A DNA stretch of 64,000 bases from the human T2T-CHM13v2.0 reference genome, Homo sapiens. The stretch is taken from NCBI RefSeq assembly GCF_009914755.1, contig NC_060926.1. One strand, written 5' to 3'. Each line of letters starts with the position of its first letter. Position 1 is the first letter of the stretch. Positions 17,271 to 33,094 of this stretch are shown here, one piece after another. The notes below the pieces were generated by a model. That model did not search any database. It saw only the letters and a program-made list of their open reading frames with translations, and was not told where the DNA came from. Made by a program: the position numbers and the translations under genes.

Positions 17271-17904
17271 AGAGTGCTATTTATCTTCGCGTTTATCTTC
17301 TAATTCGTATGTCTCCTAAATTTTTTTATACGTTTTTGAAGTAGGATGTAGTATTTGAGCAATGCAGTGAGAAAACTGAAAAATGACTATTTATTACATC
17401 TTCCATCTTCCTTCTAGGAGATTCTGTCATTCTTTTTTTGTCTTTTTTTTTTTAGCACAGTATAAATAATTGATAAGTAATGATAAAATTCCTAGAGTAG
17501 TAAAATATTTCAATATATAGGAAAAGCCAAGATTATTAAGATCTCATAATGGATGTTAGGTTTATAAAAAAGGGTCTAATGGACTCATATGGTAACTGTA
17601 AGATAGAATAATTTTTTAAAATAAATTTTCTCTTTGTTCTTTGGTAGATCTCTAAGAATACAAGTCATAATATCTACCCTTCTAAATAGTTGGCACTGCT
17701 CTAAAATGAAAATCAAAAATGAAAATTATTCCAACTGACCCTGATGGTATACCAAGGGTTTAGCCTTCTTCATTCTCTTATTTTCATTCCTTTAGTTCTG
17801 CTGGTCTGGAAGACATCTATTTTATTTCTATTCCTTTTGTGGTTACTCAGGTTAAAAAAGAAAAGCAGCAGCAGCAGCAAACATGTATAGAGTAGTACTA
17901 ATCA

Positions 17905-18080
17905 GTGGCTTTATATGTATTTCACTTAATCCTCCCCACAACAACTATGAGAAGGTATTATTGTCATCCCCAATTATACATAAGGAAATTTACGCGTAAG
18001 AAGGTAAAATAACTCCTTAATGTCACACAGTTAGTAAGAAATAAGCTAGTCTTTCATTCAGGTAGTCTGGCTGCAGAGCC
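17905..18080 (-). mobile_element. MIR
   Basis: cacttaatcctc...aactatgagaaggtattattgtcatccccaatt...gtcacacagttagtaag. Confidence 0.7.
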
Positions 18081-18984
18081 ACAAAATAGCTATTTAGTTT
18101 TGGTAAAATACCCTGAAGTTGGTCAGTGTCTCTTTTTGTGCTACTTTTTGGGAACAAAGCAAGAATAGTAGCATTCCTGACTCAACTCTATTTTCCAACT
18201 TTCTTGTTATTGTCTAGAGTTTTGATTCTACTTTAAAAATTATGTATTTGCAATCAACTCAACTTGATTTATCAAATATTTTGCCAATTCTTTGTTTGCC
18301 ACTGTATTATTTTTTGCAATTCCTCCTTCTCCCTGGTTTACTATTCTTGCTGAAGTACAATCTTTGGTTCTCCCATCAAGCTTCTGTAAGTGAGGAGCTC
18401 TCTATTTTGTGTATTTCCTCACTTTGGGCCTCATTCTTGCTGACAGATAATAGTTTAAATGAGTATAGAATCAAGGTCAACAGTTATATTCCTTATACAT
18501 TCGGAGGAAAGAAGATCCTTTTATCTTCTGGAAGACACTGTTCTGGTAAATACGTTGTTAATTTAACTAATATTTTAGTGTAGGGACTGTGGCATTTTTC
18601 ATTTTGAAAAGCTTTTATGTTTTATGATCTGCAATTTCACTTTTGAGCATCTAGAAGATTTAAAAAATTTATCCTGGTAAGCAACTGTTCAGCAGTGCGC
18701 TATTTCAATATGAAAACTCAGTTCAATATGAAACCTTAAATTCTGGAAACCTTTTAATCATTATCTCACTGAATACTGTTTCTCTACTACTATGTCTAAT
18801 CTCTCCTAAAATTTCTTTTGAATATTGAACTTAGGTTTGAATCTCTCGATCTATATTCATTTTTTTTTTTCCACTTCTCTCTTACTACATTCTGGGTGAA
18901 TTCCTTAATACTATTTTCCAAATCACTGTTTCATTGACCATGTTCAGTCTAGTACACATCTAATGACATCTTACTTAATACAGG

Positions 18985-19186
18985 GTTTTTTTTTTTTGAG
19001 AGGGTCTTGCTCTGTTGCCCTGGCTGTAGTGCAATCATGGCTCACTGCAGCCTCAACCTCCTGGGCTTAAGCGATCCTCCCACCTCAGCCTCCTCAGTAG
19101 CATGGGACCACAGGTGTGCAGCACCACACCCAGCTAATTTTTCTATTTTTTGTAGAGATGAGGTTTTGCTATGTTGCCCACACTGG
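18985..19186 (-). mobile_element. AluJ (partial)
   Basis: Right arm plus part of the left arm. Confidence 0.85.
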
Positions 19187-19616
19187 TAATTTTGGTTCTT
19201 TTATGGCAATTATTCCTTCCTTTACCTCCCTGAGGATCTTACACATACACTTTAAAATTGTTCTATTATTTACACCTATAGACTAAGGATTCACTTGAAT
19301 ATCAATTATTCCCACTCCTGCAAAAAAGAAAACATACTATAAATACTGTTTCATGATTCCCATTTTTTCCCACTAAGCAACAAAACTTAGGAGATATTTC
19401 TGTATCAGTACACAGAAAACATTCTCTTTTCCCTCTGATGAAGGTGTTGACTTGGTTATTTTAGGTTTAGTTTTTCTTCTGTATTTTCGAATTTTTGTTT
19501 GGCAGGTTCATTGTAACTCTAAGTTGCATGGTGTGTGTGTATCTTTGTGTGCTTACCTTACCCTAACGATTTTTCATTTTCTCCATCTCTCACTCAAACC
19601 TCCCACCCCAGAATAA

Positions 19617-19940
<324 letters not shown>

Positions 19941-20296
19941 TAATTGCTGCATATGTCTCCTCCTGAAGATCCAGTCCCTAAGTCATGGGCAGGTAGGCCC
20001 AGCTTTTACCCAGGAGGCTGTCACTGCTTCCTTCCAGCACTCTGGACCTGCAATTTATATAAGCCATATCCCTAAGCAACAATCATACATTCTTTTTCAG
20101 TTTTTTCCTGATTCAGCCCTTTAGTTTCTGGGGTAATAAAAACAGGCTGTTCATCTCCCTGCTCCAATCTGTCTACCAATATACAGTAGAGTTTTGGTCT
20201 CTATTCTGCAGACGACCTCTCAGAGGCATCTTCCTGCCTGCAAAACAGATTTTGATAGATTCATGTATTTAGTCTCTATTTAACACCTTGCCTTTT

Positions 20297-20603
20297 GTTC
20301 TTTTTTTTTTCTTTTTTTAAGACAGAGTCTCACTCTGTCACCCAGGCTGGAGTGCAGTAGCACGATCTCAGCTGACTGCAACCTCCACCTCTGGGTTCAA
20401 GCAATTCTCCTGCCTCAGCCTCCCGAGTAGCTGGGATTACAGGTGCCTGCCACTATGCCGGGCTAATTTTTGTATTTTCAGTAGAGATGGGGTTTCACCA
20501 TGTTGGCCAGGTTGGTCTTGAACTCCTGACCTCGAACTCCTCAATCTGCCCACCTCGGCCTCCCAAAGTGCTGGGATTACAGGTGTGAGCCACTGCGTCC
20601 AGC
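20297..20603 (-). mobile_element. AluS
   Basis: Full dimer. Confidence 0.93.
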
Positions 20604-20639
20604 ATTTTTTTTTTTTTTTTAAAGGAATGAAAGGTCTCA

Positions 20640-20989
<350 letters not shown>

Positions 20990-21689
20990 TTAAGATTTCC
21001 TTGTCCATCCTTTCCAAGTTTGTGAGTGTAAAAAAAATATGAATATAAATTATGCAGCCCCAGAATTTTGCCTTTTTCTTACAGCTGCATGGTATTCCAT
21101 TATATGGTTTTTCCATAATTTCTTTGACTAATCCCCTACTGATGGACATCTGGATTGTTTCTCACCTTCTGCTATTACAGAATAATCTGATACGTGTATC
21201 ATGTGGTGTAAAGTATAAGATAAATTTCAGAAAACTCAACCTGCTGGGTAAATACATTTTTACTCTGGCAGATATTGACCAATTGCCTTCCACAGGGATT
21301 ATCTCAATTTGTATTCTCAATAGCAGTGTATGAGCAGCTTTTCCCCCAAAGCTTCACAACCAATGGAGTATGCTGCCCAACTTTTGTTTTTGCCTAATAA
21401 GGGAACTATAATCATTGTAGTTTTAACTTCTCTTACTGTGAATGAGGTACTGGCCTCATTAGCTTAAAAGCCACTTATATTTAATTTTCTGTGAATTATC
21501 GATTCATATCTTTGCTCGGTTTTTATGGGGTTGCAAGATCTTTTTGTTATCAAGTTTCCAAGTACTTACTGCATGTATATCAGGAAGGCTACCCTCTGTC
21601 TATGATTAAAATTACCAATAAGTTTTGCTAATTCCTAACTGTAAATAAGTTTTGGCTGCAAATAAGTTTTACCAGTTTTGCTGAAACTC

Positions 21690-22205
<516 letters not shown>

Positions 22206-22915
22206 CCCTGAGAGTGTTTTAATGTAATAGAATTTATCATTTATTTCATGACTTCTGGATTGAATCAGTATAAAAGGTCTTCCCCATACTAAAATTATAA
22301 GAAGACTTCTACTTTTAGTATTTTCATGGCTTTATTTTATTCATTGATCTGTTTGGTATTTATGTGAAAAACATCCAATTTCATTTTTTCAGTTTTCCTG
22401 GCTCCTTTCTTGTTTACTTTTCCTTATGAACTGTGGAATCAGAATGTCCAGTGTTTTAATTTATAAAATTAAAAAACATTGTGTTGTTTCATTTGTTGAA
22501 GCTTGTTTGGCGTCTTTCACATAAACATTTCCTGCTATGAATGTATTTCCATTTCTCCTTGTATTTTTGGTTATTTCTGCTTCACCAAGTTTGCTATGTT
22601 ATCTGACATATTGCTATTCACAACTATTAAATTTTCATTGTATCCTTTAAGAAATAAGTGCCACTCTTTATTGTTTTTTAGTATGAACTCCACCTGGTAT
22701 GTTAAAATCATGACACTCCTAAATTATTTTCATTTGCATTTGTATCTTATACCTTTTCTCTATCTTTTAAAATACCAGTCTTTCACAATCACTGCCTTAG
22801 GTGTGTACCTTGTATAAACCAGAGAGTGGGTTTTGCCTTGAATCTAAGCTAAAAATATTTTCCTTCTAAAGGTGAGTTAAGCATATTAATATCTTTTTTA
22901 AGAAAGGCATGTTTG

Positions 22916-23244
<329 letters not shown>

Positions 23245-23700
23245 TTATGTATGTGGTTATATAAGAATTTTTTTTCACTAAATGATGTTTTATTTTTAAC
23301 TGGTTTGTAGTTCTTTCAATATCTAGGAAGGTTTATAGCTTTGTTCTAATGGTTACCTTTGTAATTTCTATCTCTTTAGACAATACCTATTAGTTCCTCA
23401 ACATGAGTAATGTTAAAATTAGCACGCCTCCTCTCCCATTACCCTATTTAATCAATAGTATTGAAACTAATAGCATTATCTTTAGTGTTTTAGTTTTATT
23501 TTAATGTTTCTTTTAAAGTGCTGAATATGTTTATATTTCTATTATTTGATCTGTGATGTTTAAACATCTTTTTCAATACCAGTTATTACCATAGGGCAAT
23601 TCCTTCTCTCAAATTTTATTAGTTTGATCATTTGTATATCATCAGGGTATACAATATTAACATTATATTCTGTCGTTATGATCTCCACATTTTAGTCTTT

Positions 23701-23990
23701 TTTTTTGAGACAGAGTCTCGCTCTATCACCCAGGCTGGAGTGCAGTGGCATGCATAATCTCTCACTGCAACCATCTACCTCCCAGGTTCAAGTGATTCTC
23801 GTGCCTCAGCCTCCCAAGTAGCTGGGACTACAGGTGTGCACCACCATGCCCAGCTAATTTTTATATTTTTGGTAGAGACAGGGTTTCACCATGATGGCCA
23901 GGCTGGTCTTGAACTCCTGGCCTCAAGTGATCTGCCTATTTTGGCCTCCCAAAGTGCTGGGATTACAGATGTGAGTCACCACGCCCAGCC
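23701..23990 (-). mobile_element. AluS
   Basis: TSD CACATTTTAGTCTTT at 23686-23700 and 23991-24005. Confidence 0.93.
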
Positions 23991-24605
23991 CACATTTTAG
24001 TCTTTATGTCTATATATAAATTCACTGCTTACACACCAATCATTTCCCCATGTCTATCAGCTGAAGTTTATACTCTACTATTTTCCTCAAGAAGGGCTCA
24101 CATAAACAATATTCTCTGAGTACTATTTGTTCCTTAAGAACAATGTGACTGGATATAAAATCTTTAGCTCGCACTTTACTTTCTTATCTTATAAATGTTG
24201 TTCGACTGGGGTTGAATGTTGTGGAGAATTCTAAGGCCAGCCAGATTTCAATGTCTTATAAACAACTTGGAGTGGGGTAGTTAGGAAGGTTTCTGGCTAT
24301 TGAAAGGAATCTTTAAGATCTTTCTGGTCAGTTTTCCCTGCCACAGATGCCCTTTCAATACGTAAGTTTCATCTCAGCTAGTTTTTCTTCAATTGTGTTT
24401 TTAACCACTTGTTCTACTGTCATGTTTTGGTTTTCTTCTATAGGGGTTTCAATTCTAAGTTTGTTGGATCTACTGTATTTTCTAAAACTTAAAAAAATAA
24501 AATCTTTATTTCCATTTTTTAAAATCCCTGTGTCTCTTATTATGTTTTCCTTGGGGCTAGTCTGCTTCTTGTGCTCCTTCTTATTTCATCTGTATTTCTG
24601 TACTA

Positions 24606-24891
24606 TTTTTTGAGACAGGGTCTCCCCTCTGTTGCCCAGGCTCAAGTGCAGTGGGGCAATTTTGGCTTATTGCAATCTCTGCCTGCTTGGCTCAAGCCAT
24701 CTTCCCACCTCAGACTCCCAAGTAGCTGGGACTACAGACGTAAGCCACCACACCCGGCTAATTTTGTACTTTTTTAGAGACAGGTTTTGCCATGTTGTCT
24801 AGGCTGGTCTCAAACTCCTGAGCTCAAGCGATCTCCCTGTCTCAGCCTCCCAAAGTGCTGGGATTACAGGCGTGAGTCCCCATGCCCAGCC
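24606..24891 (-). mobile_element. AluJ
   Basis: Diverged dimer. Confidence 0.88.
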
Positions 24892-25287
24892 ATTTGCTTT
24901 CTTCTACTTCTTTCCCAAGTTCCCTCAACTCACATTTTATGTCCTCCTGTTGCCCTGCCATCTCTTTTCTGAGTTCTTACCATTCCTGCTTTGTAATCTT
25001 CTCTTGTAGAACTATTTACAAGCTTTACTCAAGTCTAAAAAATAGATGGTGAAATGCTGGGTCACAATTTTCATCTGTTCTGTAGCAACACTTCACTAAT
25101 GACTGTTCTTTGTGTTTGGGAAGTTTTGCTGCCATATCAGCTTCTTTTTTATTTTGCGTAACAGAATAAACTGAATTTTCCTGAAGCAGCTATTTACATA
25201 GATTCCTGGGAGTGGGAAAGGAAGGAAATAACAGGCTTCACAGTCCAAAGACTCTCTACTCCTTTGACGCTTTAAATAATAAAGGGA

Positions 25288-25882
25288 GTGTGTGCTCTTC
25301 TGCTGCCCTGCGACCAGTGCCCTGTGCATTGCCTTCTCCTGTATCCCCTAATCTAACTCATCTCTTTATTTCACTCAACCTCAGAGCCGCCACCAAAATG
25401 CAGATTTTTGTAAAAACCCTTATGGGGAAGACCATCACCCTCCAGATTGAACCCTTGGATACAACAGAAAATGTAAAGGCCAAGATCCAGGATAAGGAAG
25501 AAATTCGTCTGGATCGGCAAACACTGATGTTTGATGGCAAGCAACTGGAAGATGAACGTACTTTATCTAACTACAACATTCAAAAGGAGTCTACTCTTCA
25601 TCTTGTGTTGAGACTTTGTGATGTTATCAAGGAAGAATTCTTATACAACTCCCAAGAAGAATAAGCACGAGAGAAAGAAGGTTAAGTTGGCTGTCCTTAA
25701 ATACCATAAGGTGTATGAGAATGGTAAAATTAGTCGCCTTAGTCGGGAGTGCCCTTCAGATGAATGTGGTGCTGCAGTGTTTACAGCAAGCCACTTTGAC
25801 AGATATTATTGTGGCAAATGTCTGGCTTATTGCTTCAACAAACCAGAAGACAAGTAATTGTGTATGAATTAATAAATTTTTT
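25288..25882 (+). pseudogene. RPS27AP7: RPS27A (ubiquitin-S27a fusion) retropseudogene, antisense to FBXO11
   Basis: gccgccaccaaaATG at 25398. Ubiquitin-like MQIFVKTL...LHLVLRL is followed by S27a (..[36 protein letters not shown] 25857) in a different frame. No coding introns; 460 nt vs 471 nt parental CDS (8-nt frameshifting loss at the Ub/S27a junction plus one Cys codon); AATAAA at 25871. The pseudogene number is from memory. Confidence 0.93.
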
Positions 25883-26180
<298 letters not shown>

Positions 26181-27255
26181 ATTATTTAAAAATACAGAGA
26201 AAAGCTGGTTCCTGTACATGTGGCTCTGTGTGCACATGTGTACAGCTCTACTTTCTCTTTTCTGAATATAATCAGGTACTTCGCCACCAACTCCCGTCAT
26301 TACAAACAAGAGATTTACCTTTTGAACTTCAACATGAACCCCTTACTGTCAGTAAGTATATTTAAACTAATAGCTTCTGTCCCTTTCGGATGTTTTTGAT
26401 AGCCCTCAAATAACATAATCTGGAGTTTACATATGTCTTTCAGTTCACTGAAAACAGAGGTTGATGCATTTTTCCTCTTTATGATTTCTAGAGAAGATGC
26501 AGATTTATGCATCTACATTCATTCGGAAAGTATGATTATTAATTGTGTGTATGTTTATCATTGCTGTCTTTGAAGAGACAGAGAATCTCAATGCTGAAAC
26601 TCACAGCACCATCCTGATGGCTGTTCCTTACAGTGTAACTTCAGGTATTTTTGAAGTATTTTTTAAAAGCTTTTACATGGGAGATGATTATTGATGCATT
26701 ATAATTTAGTAATTAAAACTTCATTCTGGCTGTTTAATCAGAAAAACACGGATTCTAATCCTAAGGTTGCCAATTACTAACTCTTGTGAATTAAATTCAG
26801 TAAACAGAAGTTTACTGTAAAACAGGTTCTTGTTATGCATAATATATTAATTATACATCATTTCTATTGCGCATCATAAGTCCATATACTGATATCAGAC
26901 ATCTATTAATGAGGAAATACATTCTGGTAAGAATATAGCAACTTCATTACCAAACAGTATTATAAAGAAAGCATTCAGGACAGTGAATAAGATGAACTTA
27001 CTATGTAAAACATTATCAAATAAATATTAACTGGTAATTCTTCATTAAGCATAAATGGGCCTAACAACAACTGTAAATGACAGCAAACACCTGAGGCTGA
27101 GATATGGAAAAGCCATCAAGAAGACATAAGACACATAAAAGGAAGTGATCGAATACTGAAGTCAAGCAACCACTGAGTTCACAACTTTACTACAGTGTCA
27201 AAAAAAAGAAAACTGCAGTAGTACGGCATATGGCTCACTCAAGAACAATGTGTAA

Positions 27256-27856
<601 letters not shown>

Positions 27857-27959
27857 CTATCTCTGAACAGTCCTTCCAAACCATTTCAACCCTAACACTA
27901 GTTGCCTCTTTACTCTCAAGTATCTCATGTATTCATTCATTCAATACTTAACCTCATGC

Positions 27960-28770
<811 letters not shown>

Positions 28771-28781
28771 AAATTGAAAAA

Positions 28782-29272
28782 GCCTGTGCAACACAATGAG
28801 ACCCCTGTCTCTACCAAAAAAAAAATTAAAAATTAACTGAGCATAGTGGCACATGCCTGTGGTTCCAGCTAATCGAGAGGCAGAGGTTGAGGCTACACTA
28901 AGCTGTGATCAAGCCATTACACTCTAGTCTGGGTAAAAGAGCGACAGGGCAGACACCGTGGCTCATGCCTGTAATCCCAGCACTTTTGGAGACTGAGGTG
29001 GGCAGATCATCCAAGATTGGGAGTTCAAGACCTGCCTGACCAACATGGAGAAACCCCATCTCTACTAAAAATACAAACTTAGATGGGCATGGTGGCGCAT
29101 ACCTGTAATCCCAGCTACTCGGGAGGCTGAGGCAAGATAATCACTTCAGCCCAGGAGGTGGAGGTTGCGGTGAGCTGAGATTGTGCCATCGCACTCCAGC
29201 CTGGGCAACAAGAGCGAAACTCCGTTTCAAAAAAAAAAGGTGGGGGGGAGGGGGGAGACAAGACCCTATCTC
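28782..29272 (+). mobile_element. Nested Alus: AluJ remnant with a younger AluS (28947-29238) inserted near its 3' end
   Basis: The J-type sequence resumes (gacaagaccctatctc) after the inner Alu tail. Confidence 0.8.
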
Positions 29273-29389
29273 GAATTTTTTTTTTTTTTCTTTTCAAAAG
29301 AACCAACACAAAAGAACAGTTAAGAGCTACCTCTGGGAATGAAAGAACAGGGAAAACAAAATAACTGACTTTCCCCCTTAAATTCTATG

Positions 29390-29969
<580 letters not shown>

Positions 29970-30568
29970 TCCCTAAAAAATGAAAGATATATATATATGT
30001 ATGTATTCTTTAATTCACTTAAGGATTTCTAGGGTGCCAGGCACTCATGATCTACACCGCTCACTTCGCACTTACACATTTCTTCTGAGAGAGTATTCCA
30101 TGCTCCCATCTACCCCTTGTAACCATAAACAGATCAGTAGGTCCAACAACTCATTAAAATGAAAAATGACTAGAATGATGATACAATTTTGGAACCAGAA
30201 CAGGTAACATTATCATTACTGACTGGGAATCTGGAGACTTGGGCTCTAAATCCAAACATCACTCTGAACAAACCTCAAGAATTGGGACAGTGGTTCCTTC
30301 TATTTCAAACATTCTATAATACCATTCCTGACTAATTTACCATCTCCAAGATAATTTTAAAGTATCTAAACTAAGCTGACACCAAAAAAGAAAGGATGTA
30401 ATCTTCTTTAGTGGACCATTTTAGAATTTACCAGATGTTCTTTATGTCAGTCTAATAATTTAAATTCATTTTCTTTAGCTATCTTCTGAGTATATAATAG
30501 GAAAAAAATAGCTGAGCAACCTTTTTCTTTTAAAAATTACTTTCAACCACTCTGAAAGGTTAACTTAC

Positions 30569-30690
30569 TTTTAGGCTTGTTCTTCTTTGGAATAACACTT
30601 AAAATTTCCTGTTAGACAGTTTTTCAGCCATTGCAATGTTTTACAAATCTTATTGCTATGATACAGTATCATGTGTTTATACACACCCAA
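30569..30690 (-). other. FBXO11: Probable alternative (non-coding) first exon of FBXO11
   Basis: Strong donor CCTAAAA|GTAAGT on the minus strand at 30569/30568 in a repeat-poor block. I recall a shorter FBXO11 isoform with an alternative non-coding first exon about 17 kb inside intron 1, which fits this position. The 5' limit is uncertain. Confidence 0.6.
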
Positions 30691-31979
30691 GCACCCAAAC
30701 CACACACACTTCAGAACCTCAACTGTAGCCCCTATCTGCTATATTTGGTTCTAGCTAGACAGTTCAAAGAGTCTGCTCATTTTTTTTCTGTCCACACAGA
30801 TTAAAACACATCTGCTTTTTTAAAAACAGGTTATTCAAAGTAATTTGATTTGTTCTTGGTTGAGTACTTAATCGCACCCAGTTTTTAATCATCTATGAAC
30901 ATATTTAATATGCTCAATAATGTAAATTAGGTAATTATATGAACACACCTTGGACTAGAGAAGATGAAGGAAAACAGAAACATTCATTCACTAAGTGTCT
31001 ATGTGCAAATGGCTAGCAGTACTTTTTTTTATAAGTTAGCAGTATTTTTTTATAAGTTACAGTTTCCATAACATAACTTTCTAAAATCTCCCCCAACTGA
31101 CATAACACCAATATGACTGCTTCATGAAAAAACAAAAGCTTTGTTTAAATCCGGTTATGTTGCTTTTCTTCCTTCTTCAGCTACTAAAAGCCACTGTTTC
31201 AGAGAAATACATTAAATAAATCTGTGATTGGCTCTTCATAGAACCATGTAGACTATTCCCTAGAATCTATACTTACTGATTTTTCCTTAACCACATCAGT
31301 AGCTTCCAATTAAAAAACAAAAAGCAACAAAATTTAGTTGATCTCTTTAATGAAGGTTTTCTAGTGTGCTTTCTCAGGAAAACACTTGTTTTCTCTTGGT
31401 TTAGGTTTATAAGAAGCCTGTAAGATGGTCCGACAACTTATCAAGTGAGTGTGAGATGAGTCAATTAAAAATCTAAGAACTAAATTCATGTTTCAAAGTC
31501 CTACATTTTTAAAAAAATGGTTATTACTTATTCCCAAACACATTCTTCTTAGAAATCCTCTTAGAAAGTGAGAGGGTTTTTTTTTTTTAACCAATAATGA
31601 TGAAATTATTTCCCTTAGCAATCTGTTTCAACACCTAATAAATTGACAGTGACTAATTTCTTCACAGGTAAACTCAAGTTTTACGAAAAGAAAATATTCC
31701 CCACATAAAATTATTAAACAGACATGAGTCCATACCACTAGGGTACCTTCAGAAAAAATAGCCACCTGTTGTGATCAACATTAAATTCCTCTTTTCTAAT
31801 TATCCAGTACATTTGCATACTAAATTTTTCATCTTCCATCATTCAACAGGCTTGTGAGCAAAACATTTGTACGTATTTACTACCATAATCAAATTATCTG
31901 ACGCAAAAAGAATTTTATGCTACAGTCGCAAACTTATCCTGGAAAGAAAGAATCACTGGTTCAGAGTCCCAAATATCAA

Positions 31980-32208
31980 ATTCCTGGGCTCAAGCAATCC
32001 TACTGCCTCAGTCTCCTGAGTAGCTAGGACTACAGGTACATGCCACCAGGCCTGGCTAATTTTTATTATTTATTTATTTATTTATTTATTTCAGAGACAG
32101 GGTCTCAGTATGTTGGTAGGCTGGTCTTGCACTCTTGGTCTTAAAGGATCCTCTCACCTCATCCTTCCAAAATGCTAGGACTGCAGGCATGAGCCATGGT
32201 GAGTGGAC
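31980..32208 (-). mobile_element. AluJ (partial)
   Basis: Diverged, with (TTTA)n linker. Confidence 0.82.
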
Positions 32209-32464
32209 TAATTTTAATTCTGAACTGACTTCCTGATTATCAGTCATCCTCATTTACTAGAAATAATATAGTCAATTATCATCCTAAAGTTGCTGTGAAT
32301 AAAAATATAGATGTCTATAAATTAATAAGCACTTAAAGCACACTTCCAACATTAAAAATATGTAACATTTAAGCTTTTATTCAAATTTAAAATGCCCTAC
32401 ATGGGGACTGTATCATCAATCAAGTAGTATGAGTTCACGACACAATCAGAATTATAAAATTATT

Positions 32465-32763
32465 GGCAGGGCACGGTGGCTCACACCTGTAATCCCAGCA
32501 CTCAGGAGGCCGAGGTGGGTGGACCACCTGAGGTCAGGAGTTTGAGACCATCCTGGCCAACATGACAAAACCCCATCTCTACTAAAAATACAAAAAGTCA
32601 GCTGGACATGGTGGCAAGCGCCTATAACCCCAACTACTTGGGAGGCTGAGGCAGGAGACTTCTTGAACTCGGGAGGCAGAGGTTGCAGTGAGCCAAGACT
32701 GGGCCACTGTGCTCCAGTCTGGGCGACAGAGCGAGACCCTGTCTAAAAAAAAGAAAAAAAAAA
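32465..32763 (+). mobile_element. AluS
   Basis: Full dimer. Confidence 0.92.
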
Positions 32764-33058
32764 ATATTATTATTATTGAGACACAGTCTTGCTCTATTGC
32801 TCACGCTGGAATGCAGTGGTGCAATCATAGCTCACCGCAGCCTTGACCTCTAGAGCTTAAGTGATCCTCCCATCTCAGCCTCCTGAGCAGTTGGGACCAC
32901 AGGCATGTGCCACCATACCGGGATTTTTTTTTTTTTAATTTTTTTTGTAGAGATGGAGTCTCCCTATGTTGCTCAGACTAGTATCAAACTCCCGGGCTCA
33001 AGCGATCCTCCTGCCTCTGCCTCCCAACATGCTGGGATTACAGGCATGAGCCACTGCC
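32764..33058 (-). mobile_element. AluJ
   Basis: Full dimer abutting the previous Alu tail-to-tail. Confidence 0.9.
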
Positions 33059-33094
33059 AAAACTATTACTTTTTACTTTATTCTCATACATGAA

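Noticed and set aside
25212-25857. Functional RPS27A gene, or a 150-aa N-terminally extended ubiquitin
   Set aside because: Frameshift at the Ub/S27a junction, lost di-Gly, a lost Cys and many substitutions; the extension begins at GTG in flanking DNA.
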